In this document: positions 1 through 7,996 of the stretch, piece after piece
Layout of the letters: every line of letters starts with the position of its first letter
How positions within the stretch are numbered: the first letter of the stretch is position 1
From: a virus
Taxonomy: Duplodnaviria > Heunggongvirae > Uroviricota > Caudoviricetes
IMG/VR virus record: IMGVR_UViG_3300037279_000046
Length of the DNA stretch: 54,444 bases
Reading direction: 5' to 3' (one strand)
Translations under genes and position numbers: made by a program
The notes under the pieces: generated by a model
Seen by the model: the letters and a program-made list of their open reading frames with translations, nothing else
Databases searched by the model: none
Told to the model about the DNA's origin: nothing

Positions 1-17
1 CGTGATATTGGGAGAGC

Positions 18-695
18 TTAGTGGAAGAGGAAGCGCGGATCAAGGAGTGCGCCATCTTCATTTAAGATGAGTGCCTCAGAACCAGTGCCTTGCAAGTAGT
101 CGAGTTCGAAGCTATGAACACCAGCAGACAGGAACTTAGTTGCAGATTTGGTCGTAATAGCGTGCATCCCGTCGTTGTTAACCAAGATACCATCGACATA
201 TAAGTTAGTACCATCGTCAGATGACAGAGAGAACTCATGATAGTTGTCGTCAATGTTTACGATCTCGCCATAGCATTTAACGATATACCAGTTTTGGTAG
301 ATAGGCTGCAATGCAGTAGGCAACACATCGAGACCGTTAGAGGTCGGACCATTAGCTACATTGAAGTTACTGTTATAAGTCCAGCTTCCAACACCAGTCA
401 ATGTGGCTCCGATGATTGCTGTAGTCGTAGTAGGAACAGTATAGAGGCTGCAAGTTAGTCCGTTTGTAACAGGATCAGAACCTTGAGCGACTCGAAGGTT
501 GTTGTATTGGCCAACCAACAGATTGATTGCATCTGCTGTCGGATCATCAGGTGACGGAGTAGGCGTTGGTGCTGCAGGACCTTGAGGACCAACTGCTCCT
601 GTTTGGCCGGTAGCTCCAGTTGCGCCCGTATCGCCAGTTTTTCCGCACGCGCACAAGACCATAGACGCGATAATCGCGATCGTTAACATTTTCAT
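18..695 (-). CDS. Lipoprotein with collagen-like (G-X-Y) stretch, Pro/Thr linker and C-terminal PA14-type domain
   Basis: Signal peptide ending VLCA-C; GKTGDTGATGATGQTGAVGPQGPA; FSLSSDDGTNLYVDG...NNDGMH...GVHSFELDY typical of PA14/GLEYA domains; SD GGGAG upstream. Confidence 0.75.
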   Translation of the reverse strand: MKMLTIAIIASMVLCACGKTGDTGATGATGQTGAVGPQGPAAPTPTPSPDDPTADAINLLVGQYNNLRVAQGSDPVTNGLTCSLYTVPTTTTAIIGATLTGVGSWTYNSNFNVANGPTSNGLDVLPTALQPIYQNWYIVKCYGEIVNIDDNYHEFSLSSDDGTNLYVDGILVNNDGMHAITTKSATKFLSAGVHSFELDYLQGTGSEALILNEDGALLDPRFLFH

Positions 696-803
696 AATTG
701 CTCTCCCAGTTAATTGTTACAGGGCGTAATTGTCCTGTTGATAACACATAATAGTATCGGTAAAAGCAACCGAATACTTTAGACGAATTTGTTTACCAAA
801 TCC

Positions 804-1040
804 TTAAGCAGCTTCATCAAACAAGGATAATTGTAAGTCTATCTTCTGAGTATCTTCTAGTCCAATGAGTTCCTGGCGCTCTCGCTCTGCTATATTAAGC
901 AGCAATCGCCTACTTGGTTCATGAATGATCTCATCAACTAAAGCTAATACGTCACAGTCAGAGTAGAAACTAACTGTGTGCGTCTCAAAGATAACAGTCG
1001 CAGTGCGACGATCTGAGCTCAGCACAATTTTGTCTATCAT
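804..1040 (-). CDS. Small early protein with C-terminal QLSLF beta-clamp-binding-like motif
   Basis: ORF with SD GGGAGG; ends ...IDLQLSLFDEAA. Confidence 0.7.
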   Translation of the reverse strand: MIDKIVLSSDRRTATVIFETHTVSFYSDCDVLALVDEIIHEPSRRLLLNIAERERQELIGLEDTQKIDLQLSLFDEAA

Positions 1041-1058
1041 AAGTCCTCCCAGACTTAA

Positions 1059-1316
1059 TTACCCTCCATGCCTTTCACGGTTAGATGGGTAATCTTTTGG
1101 ATTCTCGCGAACATCGTACCAATGAGGCACAGTTGTCCCATTGTTTACTGCTTCGCAATAAGCCAGCATATAACGTTCCAATAACTGTAAGTTATTGACC
1201 ATTGAGTCATAAGTCTCTTTATTCATAACCAAGCGACCATCATCGGTCTTATCAACTTCAACTTGAAGTAGGACTAGGGCATTGGCAACACCATTAAGCT
1301 CTATTCCGTGTTTCAT
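1059..1316 (-). CDS. Hypothetical protein
   Basis: In operon with neighbours, SD GAGG, ATGA overlap with upstream ORF. Confidence 0.7.
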   Translation of the reverse strand: MKHGIELNGVANALVLLQVEVDKTDDGRLVMNKETYDSMVNNLQLLERYMLAYCEAVNNGTTVPHWYDVRENPKDYPSNRERHGG

Positions 1317-1447
1317 AACTCATCCTCATTTCGAGCGAGATTAAGTTTCTTGTACGGCTTACCATTCTTTCGGCAGTAAGCAATAGCAATATCAGTCTTG
1401 CTCTGAGGTCTAACAAAGAAGTAATAGATCTTCCAAAGCGTTCTCAT
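1313..1447 (-). CDS. 44-aa hypothetical protein (not in ORF track)
   Basis: Manual translation MRTLWKIYYFFVRPQSKTDIAIAYCRKNGKPYKKLNLARNEDEL; ATGA overlaps at both ends. Confidence 0.6.
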   Translation of the reverse strand: MRTLWKIYYFFVRPQSKTDIAIAYCRKNGKPYKKLNLARNEDEL

Positions 1448-1773
1448 AGTTCTATCTTTCTTCCGTCTATCTCAATAGCAACAGGGAATATGTAGTTCCC
1501 ATCATGCTTCTTCATGAGATCAAGAGTCTTGTGTAAACTCTTTGGTCCATTGTATTCGCACAAGAAACAAGACTCTCCAAACTTAGACCACTCAAGAGTT
1601 CCACTGCTCTTATAAGAGATATAACTATCTCCATTAGAGCGGATCTTTCTGCGCCTAGCAGGAAACTTGTCGTCGTCATATTTAGTACCAAAGTAGACTA
1701 TGATCTCTTTGTGGTACCGAGCCATGGAGAGGATCTTCTTTAACTTTTCAGTCTTAGTCATCTTCTTTGCCAC
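1444..1773 (-). CDS. Hypothetical protein
   Basis: ORF track 1444..1791; GTG start at 1773 follows SD AAGGAGG. Confidence 0.65.
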   Translation of the reverse strand: MAKKMTKTEKLKKILSMARYHKEIIVYFGTKYDDDKFPARRRKIRSNGDSYISYKSSGTLEWSKFGESCFLCEYNGPKSLHKTLDLMKKHDGNYIFPVAIEIDGRKIEL

Positions 1774-1783
1774 AGCAACCTCC

Positions 1784-1879
1784 TTAATCAAGAAAGAAAG
1801 ACATCCAAACCATTGCCCACAACCACGTAGGGAACGAAGCGCTTGAGAATGCCATACATATTAAGATAAAGAATGACAT
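1784..1879 (-). CDS. 31-aa hydrophobic membrane peptide (not in ORF track)
   Basis: MSFFILICMAFSSASFPTWLWAMVWMSFFLD; start overlaps upstream stop (TAATG). Confidence 0.5.
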   Translation of the reverse strand: MSFFILICMAFSSASFPTWLWAMVWMSFFLD

Positions 1880-2061
1880 TACACTTGCTCCTTGAGAAGA
1901 GGGCAATTGGTATTCATTACGTCTTGCAGTTTTAATCTTAGCGCTCGCATCTCAGTATCGATCATGCGAACAGTCTCAGGGTAATCAATAGAAACTGTTC
2001 TGAACTCTTCGAGATCAGCGAGTCTCTTGTATATCTGTAACAACAGTTGATTTCGTAACAT
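1879..2061 (-). CDS. Hypothetical helical protein
   Basis: SD AGGAGG upstream; fits operon. Confidence 0.65.
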   Translation of the reverse strand: MLRNQLLLQIYKRLADLEEFRTVSIDYPETVRMIDTEMRALRLKLQDVMNTNCPLLKEQV

Positions 2062-2182
2062 CTGCTTCCTCCTTTGGCAATGGCATTGGTTTAGTCAGCT
2101 CAACGCTGTCCAACCACTCTTCAAACTCCTTGTCTAATTGTTCTTTGTTCTGTTCCATGTATATCTCTTTATTCGGGCAGAG

Positions 2183-2653
2183 TTAAATATCGTAAGCGAA
2201 ATCGTTATTGCGAACCGCATGGTCATAGAACTTATATTTAATACGCTTAAGGATAGTTAACTTAGCATGAGCTTGACTAACGTGGTGTATATACTCAACC
2301 GTGTTGGATGAGCGAGCACGTGCATGAACTGTATATTTAGCATCAACACTGTAGTACTTAAGCGATTGCTGATACCATTGCTCAAACGATACACCGTTGA
2401 CGTCTTGATATTTGGTACATGAGTCGACATACATTTTTTCCACTTCTTCATCAGTTATAGCCTCAGCTCGCGCTAAGTCCAGTTCTTCTTGTTCTTGTTT
2501 TAATTCAGCTGCACGTTTCGCTTTAGAGATCTTAGTTGTATCCTCACGCTCTGAGTAGATCTCGTTAAGTTCTCTATTGTATGCGGCAAACTCTGCATCT
2601 GTTAGATCATCACGTTCCATTTGGCGTTCAAGCCATAAAGTTCTGTTCATCAC
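2183..2653 (-). CDS. Hypothetical protein with N-terminal coiled coil
   Basis: 156-aa ORF, charged helical N-terminus. Confidence 0.7.
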   Translation of the reverse strand: MMNRTLWLERQMERDDLTDAEFAAYNRELNEIYSEREDTTKISKAKRAAELKQEQEELDLARAEAITDEEVEKMYVDSCTKYQDVNGVSFEQWYQQSLKYYSVDAKYTVHARARSSNTVEYIHHVSQAHAKLTILKRIKYKFYDHAVRNNDFAYDI

Positions 2654-2657
2654 GTCG

Positions 2658-2936
2658 TTACCTTATAGTAGATTTACGATCTTTAAGTTTTGATTTACGT
2701 TTGCGGCTAACCTTCTCAGGTCCACCGCGTTTTTCTGGAGGCATATACTTAACCATGAAGTCGCGCCACCCAGTAGGTTTCGCGTCGTCCTTCCAAAGTT
2801 CTGAATCTTGCTCAATACCTAATAAGTTGTGAAGGAATAGCTTCAGCTTAAAAAGCTGGGCATATCCTTCACGTCTAGCCTTAGTGCTAGGTTTACCATT
2901 AGTAGAACTCATGGAGTAGGCTGTTTCCAATGACAA
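2658..2936 (-). CDS. Hypothetical basic protein (start uncertain)
   Basis: ORF in operon; K/R-rich C-terminus. Confidence 0.6.
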   Translation of the reverse strand: MSLETAYSMSSTNGKPSTKARREGYAQLFKLKLFLHNLLGIEQDSELWKDDAKPTGWRDFMVKYMPPEKRGGPEKVSRKRKSKLKDRKSTIR

Positions 2937-3181
2937 GAGATTGAGTTTGCGCTACTGTTATCAGCCACACTTTCATAGCAAATCACTTCATCAGTTTCGA
3001 AGCGATACGTAGATCTAACATTTATTACATCATTGACTTTATAGTGAGATGTAATCTTATGTTTCTCCCTAGCAGCATCCACTGCGGATTGCTGTTGCTT
3101 ACGAGTTGAACTATTTTCACCATCGTCTGAACAGCCAGCTACTAATACCATTGTAAGAGCTATAACCAAATACTTAGCCAT
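2909..3181 (-). CDS. Small lipoprotein
   Basis: MAKYLVIALTMVLVAG-C lipobox; SD AAGGAGG before ATG 3181. Confidence 0.7.
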   Translation of the reverse strand: MAKYLVIALTMVLVAGCSDDGENSSTRKQQQSAVDAAREKHKITSHYKVNDVINVRSTYRFETDEVICYESVADNSSANSISCHWKQPTP

Positions 3182-3377
3182 TGCTCTCCTCCTTGAAATC
3201 AACTTTAGGAACATCTTTCCAATAGAGTGTGCCTTCAACTAGCTCAGCTTGTTGATCTAATGCAGAGCGATAGATCTTATGTCCACTCTTTAAGAGAGTG
3301 ATAACATTATCATTGCTAACCCAAGTGTAGGTCAATTCGCGGTTCATACTAACAGCGAGAACATAATATTTGCTCAT
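3174..3377 (-). CDS. Hypothetical protein
   Basis: SD GGGAGG and promoter-like motif at 3403-3412. Confidence 0.7.
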   Translation of the reverse strand: MSKYYVLAVSMNRELTYTWVSNDNVITLLKSGHKIYRSALDQQAELVEGTLYWKDVPKVDFKEESNG

Positions 3378-3407
3378 AATACCTCCCAGTTATATTCATC
3401 TATAGTC

Positions 3408-3896
3408 TCAGAAAATAGTTGTTAACAGCCAACATTCTTCATCTTCAAAAGATAAGGAGTCAACTACAAGAGATCTTAAATAGGTCATTTGATCTTGTTT
3501 AAGATCAGCATAAGTAGCATAATAAGCAGTAGCATAAGCAGCATAAGCAACATAAGCAGCAGCATCAGCAGCATCAGCAGCATCAGCAGCAACATCAGCA
3601 ACAACAGCAACAGCAGCATAAGCAACATAAGCAGCATAAGCAGCAGCATCAGCAGCATAAGCAGCATAAGCAGCATAAGCAGCAGCATCAGCAGCCTTAC
3701 ATTCCTCTTTTGTAGTTTTGCCTTCCATGAAGAGAGAAGTTACTTCTAACGCTTTAAGACTTCTTTCATCTTCCATGAGATGTTTAACTTGATTGGCGCA
3801 AAATAGAGCGAACTTTACTTGACTCAAATGTGGCAGTAGATAAAGAAAATGCTTTCTATTGTCCCAAGTGAAATCTTTTTCAAATAAAGAATCCAT
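3408..3896 (-). CDS. Ala/Tyr low-complexity repeat protein with Imm5-like helical N-terminus
   Basis: VKFALFCANQVKHL...SLKALEVTSLFMEGKTTKEEC followed by (AAY/AAD)n; SD GGGAGG before ATG 3896; family call from recalled resemblance only. Confidence 0.6.
   Translation of the reverse strand: MDSLFEKDFTWDNRKHFLYLLPHLSQVKFALFCANQVKHLMEDERSLKALEVTSLFMEGKTTKEECKAADAAAYAAYAAYAADAAAYAAYVAYAAVAVVADVAADAADAADAAAYVAYAAYATAYYATYADLKQDQMTYLRSLVVDSLSFEDEECWLLTTIF
3520..3695. repeat. Imperfect tandem 3/9-nt repeat (GCT GCT TAT/GAT)n on the coding strand
   Basis: Plus strand reads agcagcata/agcagcatc units over about 175 bp. Confidence 0.9.
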
Positions 3897-3957
3897 AATT
3901 ACCTCCCAGTAACAACCATCCATAAAATCAGATCAATGTTTGGTCTGACCCTTTGCT

Positions 3958-4392
3958 TCACGTTTTCAAGCTCTTAATGGCAAACTTTAGTTCAGCTAGT
4001 TCTTTTTTTAATGCTTTGTTTTCTTCTATAATTGGATGTTCAGAAAAATAGTAGTCACGCATTTTTCTTAGCATTTCATTGTCAGCTAGTATCGCAAAAT
4101 ATTTTTCAGTTTCAACCCAAACACCAGATGCGGCCATGCGGTGATATGACTTGAGCTGTTCGTTCGCAAAATACAGTTCACGACTAAGGCGCTCAGCCCT
4201 AGCGAATTCAGTTTCGGTGTCTTTAACAATGACTGCATGGTCAATCCCATCTTCAATGAAAAATGGTGCATTAGGTTTCTTGTTACTATTCACGTGCTCA
4301 TACTCCTTTTCAAAGGAATGGATCGAACCGCAGTCGATAATGAATCGCCCACAGACTTTGCATTTGTCGTCGTACTTAGCATTCTCACTCAT
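3958..4392 (-). CDS. Hypothetical protein with N-terminal CxxC and coiled coil
   Basis: KCKVCGR; heptad-like C-terminus. Confidence 0.7.
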   Translation of the reverse strand: MSENAKYDDKCKVCGRFIIDCGSIHSFEKEYEHVNSNKKPNAPFFIEDGIDHAVIVKDTETEFARAERLSRELYFANEQLKSYHRMAASGVWVETEKYFAILADNEMLRKMRDYYFSEHPIIEENKALKKELAELKFAIKSLKT

Positions 4393-4649
4393 AGATCCTC
4401 CAACATCTTGTTTATAGCTATTTGAGCTTTAACCTCGTCTTCTATGTTCTTTCCATAAGAACCTAACGTTGTATATCTTTGAAACAAGGATAATAGTCCC
4501 TCATCATCGCACAGTTCGTGCATCTCATTCATGGTCCAACGAATTGGTTGAGTTAACATATCATCAGGACCAGCATATCCGCTTTGAAATATATGAGTTA
4601 TCATCTTGCATCTTAACTCACCTTGTATGCAGAATGTATTCCTTCTCAT
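4389..4649 (-). CDS. Hypothetical protein (start uncertain)
   Basis: C-terminal part of track ORF 4389..4763; ATG at 4649 overlaps upstream stop. Confidence 0.5.
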   Translation of the reverse strand: MRRNTFCIQGELRCKMITHIFQSGYAGPDDMLTQPIRWTMNEMHELCDDEGLLSLFQRYTTLGSYGKNIEDEVKAQIAINKMLEDL

Positions 4650-4795
4650 TATTGCACGTATGAGCGACGGTAGGACCAGATGTTTAAGGCGCAGAAAGCG
4701 CCTTGGAACAGAGCCCAACCATAAGCACCAGCCATTAGGTCCACAGCACAGAAGAATGCGCACATAGCGATGACACCAATGCTAAAATACTTCAT
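4649..4795 (-). CDS. 48-aa two-helix membrane protein (not in ORF track)
   Basis: MKYFSIGVIAMCAFFCAVDLMAGAYGWALFQGAFCALNIWSYRRSYVQ; SD AAGGAG. Confidence 0.6.
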   Translation of the reverse strand: MKYFSIGVIAMCAFFCAVDLMAGAYGWALFQGAFCALNIWSYRRSYVQ

Positions 4796-4890
4796 AATCA
4801 CTCCTTAACGTAGTGTTTACCAATCCAGTTAATCAGCTCTTGCTGTCTGCGGTCATATATCTTCAGGGATTTGATCTTATCGAGCTCCAT

Positions 4891-4909
4891 GCGTAGCAGC
4901 AGTGTCAGT
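4891..4909 (-). repeat. Variant copy of ACTGACACTGCTACGCC element (3-nt insertion)
   Basis: Plus gcgtagcagcagtgtcagt versus ggcgtagcagtgtcagta at 7115 and 8162. Confidence 0.6.
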
Positions 4910-4928
4910 GGTGCGGACGGGAATAGAG

Positions 4929-4962
4929 AATGGGTCATAGTCGGAGGAAGCTATGACCCATT
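4929..4962 (-). terminator. 12-bp perfect hairpin downstream of 4978..5442 (terminator or processing site)
   Basis: AATGGGTCATAG-10 nt-CTATGACCCATT; no classical U-tract. Confidence 0.5.
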
Positions 4963-4977
4963 GATTGAGGTTGGATA

Positions 4978-5442
4978 TTACTTCGAGAACTTAGCAGCAA
5001 GGTCAGCAGGAAGAGCTGAGAAGTCAACTGTGACTTTCTTAGTCTTAGTTGCATTGATATCGCTAACACGAGCGTCAATGTAAGCTTGAACTTCAGCTTT
5101 CTCTTCGTCGGTAGTCAACGTCGAGATCAAAGCGCGCATTGCTTTGAGTTGCGGGTCGCCAGAGCCAGCGCGTGATCCAGGGTTCTTAGCAACGTAAGCG
5201 ACATTGCCGTTAAGGCGTTTGTCTTTACGCAACCAATTCGACTGAAGACCAGAGACATACGACTTCAAGTCGCTGTCAGTGATGTCTGTCTTCTCGAGCT
5301 CGATCTTTCCGCTACGGAAACCCTCGAACAAGATAGCGTTCACTTGAACGCGCTCTTCTTTGGTTGGGCTATAGCTATCAGCTTGGCCGCAAACGTTAGT
5401 AACGGCTTGGAATACTGCTTCTTTTTGCGACACTTTAGACAT
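4978..5442 (-). CDS. Early protein of unknown function, paralog A of 8407..8868
   Basis: Shares long identical blocks with 8407..8868 (QVNAILFEGFRSGKIE, YVSGLQSNWLRKDKRLNG, VDFSALPADLAAKFSK). Confidence 0.85.
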   Translation of the reverse strand: MSKVSQKEAVFQAVTNVCGQADSYSPTKEERVQVNAILFEGFRSGKIELEKTDITDSDLKSYVSGLQSNWLRKDKRLNGNVAYVAKNPGSRAGSGDPQLKAMRALISTLTTDEEKAEVQAYIDARVSDINATKTKKVTVDFSALPADLAAKFSK

Positions 5443-5499
5443 GGAAAACCTCCCGAGGTTTGTCTATTACAACCAAAGCGTTATTGCCTTGTTGTTTTG

Positions 5500-5724
5500 T
5501 TACCTTGTTCTAGTTTCAGATTCTTCACTATGTCTGAGTGATAGATTAACACTAAGTACTTTTCTCTTACCTACTAAAAAGTAAAGGTCCAACCAGACAT
5601 AAGCTGTATACTCGTCGTATCTATAACGACTAGGTATCAGCCATCTCCAGCCAGACCTTATAGGAATAGCAAGCATCAAGACATCAACTATCCGTTTAGT
5701 CATACAGTTTCTCCTGCTGCTCAC
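5500..5724 (-). CDS. Hypothetical protein
   Basis: ORF fills operon gap; 3' end overlaps promoter motif at 5511-5520. Confidence 0.45.
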   Translation of the reverse strand: MSSRRNCMTKRIVDVLMLAIPIRSGWRWLIPSRYRYDEYTAYVWLDLYFLVGKRKVLSVNLSLRHSEESETRTR

Positions 5725-6032
5725 ATATCATCAGCCACATCGTCCTCAGGCTTGTCAACCTTGACCTTACCCTCTAATACCACTACATTGACAACTCTGC
5801 CAGTGCCATGGTTAGCACCACCACAAGCACAGTCGCATGATGGACCATGAGCATGAGTGCATCTACCATCGCAAGCAGGTCTAGTCCCAGTCTTCTCCCA
5901 CTTCTCACCCTTAATAATGCCCATAAAGATGACAGGACCATCGCAGTCGTATGTGTCAATCTTTCTTTCAGCACTCGCAAATGGAGTGAGACAGTCTAAG
6001 CACTTATGATAATAGAGCATAAAACCCTCCAA
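5721..6032 (-). CDS. Cys/His-rich putative metal-binding protein
   Basis: CLDC ... CDGRCTHAHGPSCDCACGGANHG. Confidence 0.7.
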   Translation of the reverse strand: MEGFMLYYHKCLDCLTPFASAERKIDTYDCDGPVIFMGIIKGEKWEKTGTRPACDGRCTHAHGPSCDCACGGANHGTGRVVNVVVLEGKVKVDKPEDDVADDM

Positions 6033-6034
6033 GG

Positions 6035-6232
6035 TTAAAAACCTGTGTAGTAAGCTTGTTTGTACTCGTGCAATACTAAGTCAAAATCTTTATGAGTCAT
6101 TATGGTGCAGACAAACCACTCCATATCGTGGGCATCTAATACTCTCTTAGCCCACTTAATTGTGGTAACTCTGTGCTCTATGCTCGTAGAACTAACATAT
6201 ACACTCAATGCTTTGCTAAGTTTACTCATCAC
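6035..6232 (-). CDS. Hypothetical protein
   Basis: ATGA overlap with upstream ORF, SD AGGTAGG. Confidence 0.65.
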   Translation of the reverse strand: MMSKLSKALSVYVSSTSIEHRVTTIKWAKRVLDAHDMEWFVCTIMTHKDFDLVLHEYKQAYYTGF

Positions 6233-6567
6233 TTACCTACCTTATTGGCGTTCATCAAGTTCTCGGCGCACTCAACCTTAATGTCTTTCCATAGTGGATC
6301 AGCCCAAATCTTATGTATGTTCATGGCGATACTGCCAATGATAAACCGAACTATGATTCGTTGGTCATCAAGCGTTAGAACACCACCAGCTTTAAGCTTA
6401 TCTACTACTGCTTGGGCGATTGGACTTACCGGTATATTAGACTCGTAAAAGAACTGCATTGCTTCGATAAGTTCCTCACTAGAGACCATTACCTTCCTAT
6501 TCCATTCTGGGTTGATCTTATCTACAGCAGACTTAATGGTTTTCTTAATAACTTTTTTAATAGACAT
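6229..6567 (-). CDS. Hypothetical protein
   Basis: SD AGGTGA; promoter-like motif at 6601-6610. Confidence 0.7.
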   Translation of the reverse strand: MSIKKVIKKTIKSAVDKINPEWNRKVMVSSEELIEAMQFFYESNIPVSPIAQAVVDKLKAGGVLTLDDQRIIVRFIIGSIAMNIHKIWADPLWKDIKVECAENLMNANKVGK

Positions 6568-7114
6568 ACATCACCTCTCTCTCTCTCTCATACACCTCTC
6601 TAGGATCAGGGAGAGCAACCTAGTATCATTACAATACAACCTACAGGCCACTTCTATCCCTTACCTATTAGCAAGGGATTAGAGCAACCAGAGGCTAACC
6701 AGTGGACCACCAGGTTTTACGGTAAGGAATAAGATCAGGTATAGCGTAACCCGCTGATAAGACTAGGGCAAGGCGCGAATAGGCCCATGGGTGTAGCGAC
6801 GCCCACTCTGGGTTCGCTTTCCCCTCAACTATATTCTGGCCTGTATAGGTCCTGTCTTCCTCCCCTTCCCCTACGTAGGTAATCGGCGGGACCTGTATAG
6901 GTCTTATCGGGACATCTATAAGCCTGATCGTTGTGCTTATATAGGCCTAGATTCAGGACTTAACTATGCCGATACCTTGGGCCTTATTTTGGTTGTATCT
7001 AATGGATCGTTTCAGGATATGGGTAACCTGAGGGAGGATGTATCATTGTGGTGCAGTGTGATCGGGTTGTTTTTGGGCTACTCGGGTCAGGTAGTCAGGA
7101 TGGCCTGAGCTCCC

Positions 7115-7166
7115 GGCGTAGCAGTGTCAGTATGGGCCTGAGCTGTTGCCCGACCCATCTGACTGC
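7115..7166 (-). other. Bulged hairpin whose 3' arm (minus-strand RNA) is the conserved ACTGACACTGCTACGCC element
   Basis: GCAG-TCAG-ATGGG pairs with CCCAT-a-CTGA-ca-CTGC; 18-bp identity 7115-7132 = 8162-8179. Confidence 0.55.
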
Positions 7167-7189
7167 TGGCAGGTTATTATGGCTGGATA

Positions 7190-7444
7190 TCAGGCTGCTT
7201 CGTCCTGGCATGTGTACATGAAGCCGCCAAGGACTCCGAAGTATGCGAGGTCGTGGTTGTGCTTTGCCATCTCGTTCAGTGCTGCAGAGATGTCCTTAGC
7301 TATATCCGCTGATGTGATGTGGTTGTAGCGGCTGAAGTGCGCGAACACTATGCGGTTGACATGGGCTTGGTCATCGCACCACACAACCTTGCCGTTAGGA
7401 AACTCTACACCCAAGAGTCCATCGATCGTTCTGAGTAATTTCAT
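7190..7444 (-). CDS. Early hypothetical protein ending DEAA
   Basis: SD AGGAGG and promoter motif at 7471. Confidence 0.75.
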   Translation of the reverse strand: MKLLRTIDGLLGVEFPNGKVVWCDDQAHVNRIVFAHFSRYNHITSADIAKDISAALNEMAKHNHDLAYFGVLGGFMYTCQDEAA

Positions 7445-7532
7445 AGTATGCCTCCTAAGATAAGTACAGTTAATATCAGCAGGCCAAACCAGACTCCTAC
7501 ATAGACACGCTTACAACTGATAGCATCTTGGC

Positions 7533-7739
7533 TCATGCTGCAACCTCGATGTGAAAGGATACAGATGGAGTCACTGCAAGCTGCTGCTTCATCCACTTGA
7601 CATCAGCTGCTTTAAGGCCGAACACATGCTTTAAGTTCCAGACTAGGTTCTTCTCATTGAAGATGCGGAGGATAGGTCCTGACTCAGTGGTCAAGACGTA
7701 GTGCTTGTTGCTCTGTGTTATAGTCAGGTTCATGTTCAC
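7533..7739 (-). CDS. Early hypothetical protein ending EVAA
   Basis: SD AAGGAG. Confidence 0.7.
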   Translation of the reverse strand: MNMNLTITQSNKHYVLTTESGPILRIFNEKNLVWNLKHVFGLKAADVKWMKQQLAVTPSVSFHIEVAA

Positions 7740-7750
7740 TCCTTTGTTAG

Positions 7751-7996
7751 TTAAGATGCAAGTCTTTCAAACTCTTGTTCAGTGATCAGTTCGGTATATC
7801 CACTCACGACCTTAGCACAGCGATTGCCGTTCATTCTCAGCTTACCAAAGTCACGCTCTATCTGATTGAGCTTTAAGACCTTGTCAGTCTTGCGACCCAG
7901 TACATCGACTGTGGTGACGTGATAGTCACACATCGTCTCAGTGTTCTCGTTGCCGATTGCCTTGTTAAGCTTGATAAGTTGATAGCCTTTGAACAT
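7751..7996 (-). CDS. Early hypothetical protein
   Basis: SD AAGGAG, promoter CCTGATCT-TATACT upstream. Confidence 0.75.
   Translation of the reverse strand: MFKGYQLIKLNKAIGNENTETMCDYHVTTVDVLGRKTDKVLKLNQIERDFGKLRMNGNRCAKVVSGYTELITEQEFERLAS

Noticed and set aside
3485-3749. Poly-LLM (3485..3688) and poly-SSI (3489..3749) ORFs
   Set aside because: Alternative frames of the Ala-Ala-Tyr repeat; no SD or promoter of their own, while the Ala frame has both.
6745-6830. Resemblance to a c-di-GMP-I riboswitch on the minus strand (GAGUGGG, GGCCUA, CAGCGGGUUAC)
   Set aside because: The GAAA-capped P2 stem and GCAAAG core cannot be formed; an Infernal search with RF01051 would settle it.
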